A DNA stretch of 64,000 bases. Origin: an uncultured delta proteobacterium. Its GTDB lineage: Bacteria > Myxococcota > UBA727 > VGSZ01. The stretch covers positions 355,424 through 419,423 of the forward strand of contig CAVZJB010000008.1 of NCBI GenBank assembly GCA_963775425.1, given 5' to 3'. Below the pieces are notes generated by a model. It was not told where the DNA came from and searched no databases. It saw only the letters and a program-made list of their open reading frames with translations. Shown one piece after another: positions 35,420 to 44,106 of the stretch (the stretch's first letter is position 1; every line of letters begins with the position of its first letter). The position numbers and the translations under genes were made by a program.

Positions 35420-36546
35420 GAGGCACGCTCCGCCGAAGCGATCATGCGGAGGACATCTTGTTCAGCGTCGCCGTCGTCGAGATAGCGGTCGGGATACGCG
35501 CTGCGAAGCCGACGCGCCATCGTCGGCACGTCCCCGGCGTCTCCACCGAGCGCCGCCGCCCATCGCGCCAAAGCCGCCGGCGCGGAGCCCTTTCCCGGAA
35601 CGACGATGTCGAGCTGTCGCAGCCAATCGTCGCGATCACCGACGAGCGACTTCATCGCGTTGCCTTCGCTCCGTTCGGCCCCGCTGCGAGCCGACCACTT
35701 CCAGGTCCCGCGATCCGTGAGCAGGCGCGTGCGTACCTCGACGTGGACGTCGTCACCGGGCGAGACGGACAACGGTTGCGCGAGGGGAAAGACGAGGTGC
35801 GCCCAGTGCGTGGAGGCGGCCGCCGGCGAGGACGACAGGCGGACTCCCTCGACGAGATCGGATTCGAACCAGCCGACCAGCGCGTTGACGCGAGCCGCTC
35901 TGGTGGCGCGCGAGACGCCGCTTACCATCGCCGGCGGCGGTCCATCGACGTCGAATCGCGCGGAGCAGGACGAGCCTGCGATGGCATCACCTGGGACCCG
36001 AGCGAGAGAGACGCGTGAGAGCAGGCGATCGGCGAGCCCGTTCATGGTGACGCCGAGCTGGCCGCGGATCATCCCGACTTCCCGATCGAGCGCGGGCAGC
36101 TCGGCGACAGCGACATGGGTCTCGACGGAGCCCGGGATGACGCGACAGCTCTGCGCACAATGCTTGCGCACGGTGCCGAGGAGGCCGCGGTAGTCCTCGT
36201 CGATGCCGAAGCTGCCGATCATCTCGCTCACGAGGACGTTCGGGGCCAGCGGGAGCTTGATGTCCCTGGCGTCGCCGCGGATGACCTCGATGACGCTGTC
36301 GAGGCCGTTGTCCCGCGCGGCCTCCCTCACGATCTCGACCATGGGGCCGCGCTCCAGCGCGTAGACGCGCCGCGCGCCGGCCTTGGCGCAGAGCAGGGCG
36401 AGGATGCCGCTCCCGGAGCCGACATCGACCACGACGTCGCCCGGTTTCACGCCTTGCTCGATCGCCGCGGCGAACGCCGACATTCGCACGCGGTCGACGA
36501 GCATCATCGCGTGGTTGGCGACGTCGTCGTATCCAAAGACACCCAC
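35416..36546 (-). CDS. PRMT-like SAM-dependent methyltransferase
   Basis: HAMMLVDRVR, VVDVGSGSGIL, double-E loop SEMIGSFGIDE, THW loop. Confidence 0.85.
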   Translation of the reverse strand: MGVFGYDDVANHAMMLVDRVRMSAFAAAIEQGVKPGDVVVDVGSGSGILALLCAKAGARRVYALERGPMVEIVREAARDNGLDSVIEVIRGDARDIKLPLAPNVLVSEMIGSFGIDEDYRGLLGTVRKHCAQSCRVIPGSVETHVAVAELPALDREVGMIRGQLGVTMNGLADRLLSRVSLARVPGDAIAGSSCSARFDVDGPPPAMVSGVSRATRAARVNALVGWFESDLVEGVRLSSSPAAASTHWAHLVFPLAQPLSVSPGDDVHVEVRTRLLTDRGTWKWSARSGAERSEGNAMKSLVGDRDDWLRQLDIVVPGKGSAPAALARWAAALGGDAGDVPTMARRLRSAYPDRYLDDGDAEQDVLRMIASAERAS

Positions 36547-36570
36547 GATCTACCTCGGTCTGCGCCCGGA

Positions 36571-37779
36571 CTAGTCGAACATCGCGAGGACGTTGCCCGC
36601 GGTGCCTTCCGCCTCGGGCAGGGTCGTGTCGCCGACGATGCTCAGCGGACGGCCGCCGCGACCGATCTTGGCGTTCGTACGTTCGGCGCGCTCGGCGAGG
36701 CGGACCAGCGCTTCAGCGCTCGTCTGCGACGCCGTGTTGCACGCCCGGAAGTCGCCGTGCTCGACCTGCCCGTACGCCATGCATGGGTGGCAAGCGGACC
36801 TGACGCTGCACGACGGGCACGACGTCATCTTCTCGAAGGTCATGCCGCGCATCTCGTGAAGGACGGCGTTGCGCTCCCAGATGTCCCGCAGCGCGTTGTT
36901 GCGGACGTTGCCCACGGCGGTAGGGAAGAACCCGCACGGGAGCACGTCGCCGGACGCCGCGACCGCGAGCGTGGAGCTCCCCGCGCCGCACATCGCCGAC
37001 GAGCCGTGCAGGAAGTCCGCGCCGTGGCAGATGGTGTCCGGTGTGACCTCGCGAAACCCCGGGTAGAGGTCGCGCCGCGCGAACACCTTGTCGGCGAGCG
37101 TCTTGGCATCGAGCGCGTACTTCAGCGTCGAGCGATCGTTGGACATCCGCGGGCGCACGTTCGGGTCGAGCTGGAACGCGACGCCGAGCTCATGGGCGAG
37201 CCGCACGATGTCGTCGATGCGGTCGACGCTGAACGTCGTCAGCACGCACTTGAGGGCGGCCTTCACCCCGTGCTCGGCGAGCATGCGCAGCGCGTCGGTG
37301 CTGCGCTTCCACGAGCCGGGGATCCGCGTGAACGCGTCGTGGTCGGCCGCGACATCCGAGTAGACCGAGATGTCGACCTGCGCCACGCCGAGCTCCTTCA
37401 AACGAAGGATCTTCTCGCGATTGAGCAGCGTGCCGCTGGTGAACAGGGTGGTGTGGAACCGGAGTCTCTTGGCGACGGCGAGGATCTCGAAGATGTCGCG
37501 CCGCAGGAAGATCTCGCCGCCCGTGAGGGTGAGCTGGAGGCATCCGAGCGCGGCGAGGTCGGTGAGAACACCCTCGACCTCCGAGAGCGACATCATCTCG
37601 TCGGTGGCGTGCGTGCTCTCGTCCTCGTAGCAGTGCTCGCACTTCAGGTTGCACGCGTTCACCAGATAGACCTGCGCGTGGAACGGGATTGCCCGTTCCC
37701 TGGCGCGCTCGCGCAGCTCGAGGAAGCGCGCCGGCGTCCGATCGAACATCTGCCCGAGGATCGGCAGCGCCTTGCTCAC
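36571..37779 (-). CDS. Radical SAM/SPASM peptide maturase
   Basis: CNLKCEHC, TGGE, SPASM CGAG...GDVLPC...CPSC...CHPC...C. Confidence 0.93.
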   Translation of the reverse strand: MSKALPILGQMFDRTPARFLELRERARERAIPFHAQVYLVNACNLKCEHCYEDESTHATDEMMSLSEVEGVLTDLAALGCLQLTLTGGEIFLRRDIFEILAVAKRLRFHTTLFTSGTLLNREKILRLKELGVAQVDISVYSDVAADHDAFTRIPGSWKRSTDALRMLAEHGVKAALKCVLTTFSVDRIDDIVRLAHELGVAFQLDPNVRPRMSNDRSTLKYALDAKTLADKVFARRDLYPGFREVTPDTICHGADFLHGSSAMCGAGSSTLAVAASGDVLPCGFFPTAVGNVRNNALRDIWERNAVLHEMRGMTFEKMTSCPSCSVRSACHPCMAYGQVEHGDFRACNTASQTSAEALVRLAERAERTNAKIGRGGRPLSIVGDTTLPEAEGTAGNVLAMFD

Positions 37780-38609
37780 GCCGCCTTCCGGGACGCTGCG
37801 AGGTGACCCTCGATCTCGTCGATGATCGTTGCGAGAGGGGTGTCGACGTGGCGCGCGAGGGAGAAGACCGGCGTGGTCTGGACCGCGCGCTGCGCCCAGG
37901 CGAGCGCCGCCCGGCCCTCCGCCGGCGTGCGCTCGAAACAGCACAGGTGGCGCAGCAGCTCCCCGGCCGCCCGCGCACGATCTTCGCGCACGCTGAGGGC
38001 GGTGCGCGGCGGTCGGTCCGCGGACAGCAGGACGAGGGCCCGAACGGCGTGGTGGGTGGGACGCGCCCGCCGCGTGGCGAGCCCTGAAAACGGCGAGCCC
38101 CACACCGCGAGGCCGCCCTGTGTCGGCGTCACGATGCTCTGATCGTCCGACAAGTACACGTCGTCCGGTGTGCCCTCGACGAGCGTGGTCTTCCCGGCGC
38201 CCGAGAGGCCGCAGAAGACGTAGCCGCCGGCGCCGAACGCCGCTGACGCCGCGTGCAGGAGGGCGCCCCCCGCGCGCAGGAGGATGCTGGCGCAGGCGGC
38301 CCGCAGGAAGGACTCGAACAGGGGGAAGCCACCGTCGCCCTGGTCGAGGCTGCCGGTGTACTCGGCCCTGCGCGTTCGGAGGTCGAGCGTGGCCGTGAAC
38401 GCCCCGGCGCGCGTCAGGTGGAGCGTGTCCCCGTCGACGCGGGTGTGGATCTCGGCGAGCGCTCCAACGTCCGCCGGCGGCGTCCGGCGGCCGACGACGG
38501 CGACCTCGAGGTCAGGCGGGCGGCGCGCGTCCTCGCGCTCGCAGCACCAGTCGACGGGAGCGTCGACCGACGTTGCGATGCGCAGAGGGCCGACGCGCCA
38601 GAGCGTCAA
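37776..38609 (-). CDS. HprK-related P-loop kinase (ScmC/lasso-kinase-like)
   Basis: LLHAAS, GLSGAGKTT, LSDD, GSPF; TTG start overlaps precursor TGA. Confidence 0.82.
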   Translation of the reverse strand: MTLWRVGPLRIATSVDAPVDWCCEREDARRPPDLEVAVVGRRTPPADVGALAEIHTRVDGDTLHLTRAGAFTATLDLRTRRAEYTGSLDQGDGGFPLFESFLRAACASILLRAGGALLHAASAAFGAGGYVFCGLSGAGKTTLVEGTPDDVYLSDDQSIVTPTQGGLAVWGSPFSGLATRRARPTHHAVRALVLLSADRPPRTALSVREDRARAAGELLRHLCCFERTPAEGRAALAWAQRAVQTTPVFSLARHVDTPLATIIDEIEGHLAASRKAA

Positions 38610-38782
38610 GACGCACCCAGCGTCGTGCAGCTCGCCGCTCCGTTCTTCGGCTGCGGCGTGCGGCCACCCTGCGTTCCGTTGCACCCGAGCGCCAGGCGCT
38701 CGTAGGTCTCGGAGCTCACGATCGCGGGCGGCTTGTAGGGGCTCTTCTTCTTCTGCTGCTGCGGCATCCGCACCTCGCTCAT
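38606..38782 (-). CDS. Putative RiPP precursor peptide (58 aa)
   Basis: MSEVRMPQQQKKKSPYKPPAIVSSETYERLALGCNGTQGGRTPQPKNGAASCTTLGAS; YxxPxI RRE-binding motif; starts 3 nt after upstream stop, stop overlaps kinase start. Confidence 0.85.
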   Translation of the reverse strand: MSEVRMPQQQKKKSPYKPPAIVSSETYERLALGCNGTQGGRTPQPKNGAASCTTLGAS

Positions 38783-38785
38783 GGT

Positions 38786-41700
38786 TCAGAAGCGTACGAT
38801 GATCGAGCCCGGCCGGGTGGTCGGCTCCAGGATCAAATCGGGCTCGGGCGAGCTGCCGATCAGGTTGGCGGCGCTCACGAAGACGGCGTCCGAGCCGGTC
38901 ACCGTGATGGCGTAGGTCGTGTCCGCGGTCTTGGCGGCGATGGGGTTGGCGCCGAAGGCGATGGACGTGGCGGTCTTGCCGCCCTGGACGAGGTCGGCGC
39001 GGGCGTCCCCGTTCAGGCTCGGCAGCACGAGGGACGTGCCGACGAGGAGCACGTTGCCGCCGCCGAAGGTGGTCTCGCCGCTCCACGTCGCGCCCGTGTT
39101 CTCCACCACGGTGAGGCCGTCCTGCGAGAAGTAGACCGCGTCGATGTCGCCGTCGCCGTCGACGTCACCGCTCGACAGATCGAAGCCCGGCGTGCGGGAC
39201 ACCGACTTGGTGATGGCGACGAAGTCGTTGCCCGTCGTGCCGTTGAGGTCGAGGGTGGCCGGCCACGTGTCCTGGCCGCGGACGACGAACAGCGACGGCA
39301 CGCTGCCCGTGCACGAGATCATGATGTCGTCGCGTGTGTCGCCGTTGGACCCGACGCCGGCGATGCCGGCGCCGAAGCCCGCGGAGCCTGTCGCGTCGCT
39401 GTTGGAGATGACGGTGCTGGCCACGTCGTCGATGAGGCCGCTCGTGGGCACGGCCCCTGTGTTGAGGAACACGTAGGCCTTGGCGAGCAGCGGGGCGGTG
39501 AAGCCCCAATCCGGGGCGCCGTCGCCGTCGACGTCTCCGAGCGTCTGCGCGTTGTAGCCGGCGAGGCCGAAGGTCGGCGCCTCGAGCACCGCGGCGGGCG
39601 TGGCGTCGGAGGCGATGCCGGTGCTGCTGCCCGGGTAGATGAAGAGGAACTCCTGATTGAAGTTGCTGTCGTACCCGACGACGATGACGTCGTCGAACGC
39701 GTCGCCGTCGATGGACTTGACGACGTTGACCGCCCAGCCCATCTCGAGCGGCGTGCACGTGCCCGCGGCGCACGGGAACGACGCCGGCGGGGTGACGACG
39801 GTCCGCTGCAGGTCGTTCTCCGTGGCGCCGCCGAGGATGACCTCGAAGGCCCCCGCCTGGCCGGCGAACTGGTTCGGCGCGCCGACCACGATGTCGTCGA
39901 GGTTGTCGCCGTTGATGTCGCCGCGCGAGCGCGACAGCGCCTGCGCCCAACCGTTCACGCCGGCCGGCGGCGCGAGCGTGACGCTGTTGGTGGCGACGAC
40001 GACCTGCGTGGTGGCCAGGGCCGAGCGGTTGCCGACGTCGTCGGTGGCGCGCAGCGCGATGAACCACGTGTTGTCGAACGCGAGCGGCGTCGTCGACGTA
40101 TCGACGAGCTCACCGGTGCCGCCATTGGCGGTCTGCGCGACGTTCGCCGCCGCGATCTGGCCGGCGCCGCCGAAGTTGGCGTCGGTGATGGCCGTCTTGG
40201 AGAAGAAGATCTGGACCGCGGTGGGGCCGGCGGCGTTGTCGAAATTGTCATCGCCGGGCTGTGTGTAGGTGACGCCGACGTTGCCGGCGCGCGCATCGAG
40301 CACCGCGACGTTGAGCGTGGGCGAGCCCGGCGACGTGATGTCCACGGTGGCGATGAACGAGTCCGGCGTCGTGGGTGTGTTGCCCTCGGAGTCGGTGCAC
40401 GTGGCCGTCCAGGTCTCCGCGTCGCCTTGCGCGGCGTCGCTCACGGCGACCGCAAGGCTCCCGCTGCCCGAGGCGTCGACGTTCGTCGAGCCGATCACCG
40501 TGGCGCCGTCGAGGACCTGCAACACGCCGTTTTCGCACTGCGTGACGTCGACGTTGACCTGCACCTGCAGGCCGGCGACGCCCTGCTGGAGGTCGCTGGC
40601 CTTGTTGAACGTCGCCGTCGCGCCCGCGGGGTTGGTGAAAGCGGTGGTCGGGCGCCCGAGGTCGACGCGGAAGCTCTCCTCCCCGCTCGTGCCCGTCTTG
40701 GGACCGTCCTGCACCGTGACCTCGAACGTGCCGGTGGCGCCGTCGTCGAGCGTGAACGCGGCGCACGACAGGCCGCCGGCGCCGTCCACGGTGCACGTGG
40801 TGGCGGTGGCGCCGTTGATGAGCACTTGCGCCGTGGCGGTCACCGGAGCGTCGGTGGTGCCGGTGACGACGATCTGCGCACCCGTGGCGCCGGCGTCGGT
40901 GTCTTCGGCCACGCCGACGGAGCGGAAGCCGGCGCGCAGCGGCGGGTTGGTGATGGCCACGAAGAAGATGCCGGTGGCGACGGTGACGGTGACGGTGTTG
41001 GACACGCCTACGTTGCCGGCGGCGTCGGTGGCGGCGGCGGTGACGTGATGGTCGCCTTCGGCCAGGTAGGTGACGCGGCACTGGACGGCGACGCCGTCGC
41101 CGGCCGAGACGCAGGGGAAGCCCGCGGTGTTGATGGCGCCGCCCTGAAGGTCGCTCGTGATGGTGATGGGCAACCCGGCGGCGAGTCCGGTTGGCGTGAC
41201 GGTGACGTTCACCTGGACGCCGTTGGTGGCGTTGCCGTCGAGGTCATCCGCGCTGCCGGCGTCGTTCGCCACGAGCACGAGAACCGGCGGCGCGGTGTCG
41301 ACGGAGACGGCGACCGGGTCGCTCGTCGCCGGGTTTCCTGCCGGATCGGAGACCGTGGCGGTGATGGCGCGGTTGCCGTCGGGGACGGTGACGCGCACCG
41401 TGACGGAGCCGTTGTTGAGCGTGCCCGGAGCACCGCTGGGCGTGCCGTCGATCGCGATCTGCACGCTCTGGCCGTCGCCGGCGTCGCTCGTCACGATGAC
41501 GTCCGTCTGCAGCCCGTTCGAAGCGTCGCCGTCCGCGTCGTCGGCCAGGTTCAACGTGCCGGCTGGTGGCGCCTCGACGACGACGACGGGCGGGACGGTG
41601 TCGACGGTGACGGTGAGGTGCGTGGTGTTCGGGTCGAGCGCATTTCCGCCGGGATCCGAGCCCGTGACGACGAGCTCGTCGTCTCCCTGGGTGAGGGGGA

Positions 41701-43696
41701 ACGTGGTGAAGGTCGCGGCCCCTCCGCTCACGACGGCGGTCTTGGTGCCGCCCGGACCCGTCAGGCGAACCGTGCGGCCGTCCATGTCGCTGCTGAACGT
41801 CACCGTGACGTCGCTCGCGACGTTCCCGGTTGCGGCGCCGCCGTTGTCGGCGGCGTTGAGGACGTTGTCGCTCCCCGCGTTGTCCACGACGATGGATTCG
41901 ACGGTGGGAATGCTCGAGTCGGTGTTGAACGTGATGGGACCACTGGTGTGCACGTTCCCCGCCGCGTCCGCCGCGGTCGCGGACAGCGTGTGGGTTCCGT
42001 CGTCGAGGGTGACGGTGGCGGTGCACGACGTTCCGGCGACGGCACCGGTCTGCTCCACGCCGTCCACCGTGACCGTGCAGGACGTCGTCCCCGCCGAGAC
42101 CACGAGGACGATGCGGGCCTGGAATCCGGCCGTGCTCGGATCCGCGTCGTTGCTCGCGTTGAGGCTCAACCCCGCGTTGGGGGAGAAGAACACGACGTCG
42201 GGGTCGACCGTGTCGATGACGATGTCACGCGTGATGTGCGGGCCGTCGACGTCGGTGGCGCTGACCGCGAAGACCTCGAGGTGCCAGGTGGCGCGGTCGG
42301 AGAAGTCGATGTTGAGGCTCTCGAGGAAGGGCGCGGACAGGTCGACCGCGGTCTCCTCGAGTGCGAGGTTGCCCGCCGGATCAGTGAGTCTGACGGTGCC
42401 GGTCAAGCCGGTGACGTCGCCCGAAGGCGTGAACGTCGCCGCGATCTCGAGCACATCGGCGGTGGAGAGGTCGGGGTCGTCCGCCGCGAGGTATGCGCCG
42501 TCGTTGCCGCTGCCGGTGGGGTCGAGCGTGATGCTGAACGTCGGCGCGCTCGACTGGACCGTGAAAAGAACCACGGTGTCCTCGCCGTCGACGGTGAGCG
42601 TGAGGGTGCAATCGGGCTGAACGAGTCCGTCGATTTGCGCGGTGATGTGCACTCTTCCGTTGGTCGGTGTGAGGGTGATTTCCGGATTCGCGCCCCCGGA
42701 GGTCCCCGTGATTTCCTGGTTGCCGGCCGTGGGATTGGCGTCGTCCTGGCAGAGCGCGTCGAACGAGACCGCGCTTGCCTCGTCGGCGGTGGCGTCGAGC
42801 GCGATGCTGATGCCGTCGAACGGATTGCTGTTGAGGTCGTCGGCGTCGGTGTAGGGCGGCGCGGTGCGCGGGCTGACGACATCCACCTGGTTGGGGAGGT
42901 TCACGTGGATAAGGATCGTGGGGTCGATGGTGACGATGTCAGGAGCGAGGCCGAGCGCATTGGTGGGGTCGAGGAGCTGGCCGCCGAGCGTGGCATCCTC
43001 GCCCTTGGTGAGCGGCACCGTGGCGGTGCCCACGGCGTTGGCGAGCTGCGCCGTACCGCTGGTGGTGACGTTCGTGGTGTCGGACGTGGCGTCGACGCGC
43101 ACCTGCGCGGTGTTGAGGAACGCGATGATGGTGGGGTCCGTGCTCGTGGTGGAGCAGGCCACGCCGACGTCGAAGGGCGTCTCCGTGGCGGTGTCGCCGT
43201 CACCCGGGGACGTGATGTGGCACTCGACGCTGAATTCCTGGCCCTCGACGCAGTCGTCGCGGATGGTCGCGGTGTCGGTGAGGTCCTGGGTCGAGTCGCC
43301 GTTGCTCGCGACCGCCGTCAGCGTGTTCTCGGCGCCGGGCGCCTCGCCGCCGACGAGGGTGATGCGGACCGTGGCCTCGCCGTCCGTGAAGGTGCCGCTG
43401 CCGGTGTTGCCATCGGTGCCGCGGGCGTCGCTGACGTCCACGGAGCCGTAGCCGCTGCCGTCGTCGTTGATGAGGTCCACCTGGAGGTCGATCTGCACGC
43501 CGGGCGTATTGGGGTCGACGTCGTCGGCGCAGTGCACGACGTCGGGGAGGCCCGCGAACGCGATGGAGGGCTGCTCCGGCTCGCCTTCCGCGGGCTTGCA
43601 GGAGTCGTCGCAGCAGCAGGAGTCACCGCACGCGGCGGCGACCGACAGACCCAGAATCAACCCGCCCAGGCGCACAATGGAATTCGTGAAAAACAT
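38786..43696 (-). CDS. Large surface lipoprotein with tandem Ig-like domains and C-terminal FG-GAP/integrin-like beta-propeller
   Basis: Lipobox VAAAC, repeated ATDAAGN/DTVPP Ig motifs, [23 protein letters not shown]. Confidence 0.85.
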   Translation of the reverse strand: MFFTNSIVRLGGLILGLSVAAACGDSCCCDDSCKPAEGEPEQPSIAFAGLPDVVHCADDVDPNTPGVQIDLQVDLINDDGSGYGSVDVSDARGTDGNTGSGTFTDGEATVRITLVGGEAPGAENTLTAVASNGDSTQDLTDTATIRDDCVEGQEFSVECHITSPGDGDTATETPFDVGVACSTTSTDPTIIAFLNTAQVRVDATSDTTNVTTSGTAQLANAVGTATVPLTKGEDATLGGQLLDPTNALGLAPDIVTIDPTILIHVNLPNQVDVVSPRTAPPYTDADDLNSNPFDGISIALDATADEASAVSFDALCQDDANPTAGNQEITGTSGGANPEITLTPTNGRVHITAQIDGLVQPDCTLTLTVDGEDTVVLFTVQSSAPTFSITLDPTGSGNDGAYLAADDPDLSTADVLEIAATFTPSGDVTGLTGTVRLTDPAGNLALEETAVDLSAPFLESLNIDFSDRATWHLEVFAVSATDVDGPHITRDIVIDTVDPDVVFFSPNAGLSLNASNDADPSTAGFQARIVLVVSAGTTSCTVTVDGVEQTGAVAGTSCTATVTLDDGTHTLSATAADAAGNVHTSGPITFNTDSSIPTVESIVVDNAGSDNVLNAADNGGAATGNVASDVTVTFSSDMDGRTVRLTGPGGTKTAVVSGGAATFTTFPLTQGDDELVVTGSDPGGNALDPNTTHLTVTVDTVPPVVVVEAPPAGTLNLADDADGDASNGLQTDVIVTSDAGDGQSVQIAIDGTPSGAPGTLNNGSVTVRVTVPDGNRAITATVSDPAGNPATSDPVAVSVDTAPPVLVLVANDAGSADDLDGNATNGVQVNVTVTPTGLAAGLPITITSDLQGGAINTAGFPCVSAGDGVAVQCRVTYLAEGDHHVTAAATDAAGNVGVSNTVTVTVATGIFFVAITNPPLRAGFRSVGVAEDTDAGATGAQIVVTGTTDAPVTATAQVLINGATATTCTVDGAGGLSCAAFTLDDGATGTFEVTVQDGPKTGTSGEESFRVDLGRPTTAFTNPAGATATFNKASDLQQGVAGLQVQVNVDVTQCENGVLQVLDGATVIGSTNVDASGSGSLAVAVSDAAQGDAETWTATCTDSEGNTPTTPDSFIATVDITSPGSPTLNVAVLDARAGNVGVTYTQPGDDNFDNAAGPTAVQIFFSKTAITDANFGGAGQIAAANVAQTANGGTGELVDTSTTPLAFDNTWFIALRATDDVGNRSALATTQVVVATNSVTLAPPAGVNGWAQALSRSRGDINGDNLDDIVVGAPNQFAGQAGAFEVILGGATENDLQRTVVTPPASFPCAAGTCTPLEMGWAVNVVKSIDGDAFDDVIVVGYDSNFNQEFLFIYPGSSTGIASDATPAAVLEAPTFGLAGYNAQTLGDVDGDGAPDWGFTAPLLAKAYVFLNTGAVPTSGLIDDVASTVISNSDATGSAGFGAGIAGVGSNGDTRDDIMISCTGSVPSLFVVRGQDTWPATLDLNGTTGNDFVAITKSVSRTPGFDLSSGDVDGDGDIDAVYFSQDGLTVVENTGATWSGETTFGGGNVLLVGTSLVLPSLNGDARADLVQGGKTATSIAFGANPIAAKTADTTYAITVTGSDAVFVSAANLIGSSPEPDLILEPTTRPGSIIVRF

Positions 43697-43785
43697 GGAC
43701 CCCTCCCGAAAACGACCCACGGATGAGTTGACACATGATCGGGGGCTCCTCAACCCCGCCATGCCTCGCACGACAGGCCGCCGGC

Positions 43786-44094
43786 TCACGACGGGGACTC
43801 GGAGGTCAAAAGGAGGTTCCGTGCCAGGGCGTCGTCCACGAAAACAAGCGCGTCGGCACGCAAGGTCTCTTCGTCGACCTCGAACTCCTCGAGCATCTCG
43901 ACGACGATGGCGTCGAGCGTGCGGGTGCCGTCGGCGCGGTCCCAGATGAAGGTGGCTGTGTCGTTCAGCGTGTGCAGCGTCGAGTCTTCAGGCGTGATCA
44001 CGATTGCTTCCCCGTCGATGGTCCGCGCCGGGGTATCGGGATTCTGACGTAGATACAGGGTCCACATGCGGGCGCGGGGGTTGGTGTCGTTCAT
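43786..44094 (-). CDS. PqqD family RiPP recognition element (RRE)
   Basis: IDGEAIVI, LNDTATFIWDRADGTRT...EEFEVD. Confidence 0.92.
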   Translation of the reverse strand: MNDTNPRARMWTLYLRQNPDTPARTIDGEAIVITPEDSTLHTLNDTATFIWDRADGTRTLDAIVVEMLEEFEVDEETLRADALVFVDDALARNLLLTSESPS

Positions 44095-44106
44095 CGGCGG
44101 GCTCGT

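Noticed and set aside
38573-43726. 1717-aa plus-strand ORF and many other long overlapping ORFs
   Set aside because: These are antisense or alternate-frame shadows typical of high-GC DNA; recognisable domains lie in the other frame.
34997-44094. Lasso peptide or PQQ biosynthesis cluster
   Set aside because: There is no asparagine-synthetase-like cyclase or B2 protease, and no pqqB/pqqC. The precursor lacks the PqqA ExxxY core and has no ring-forming Asp/Glu in the inferred core.
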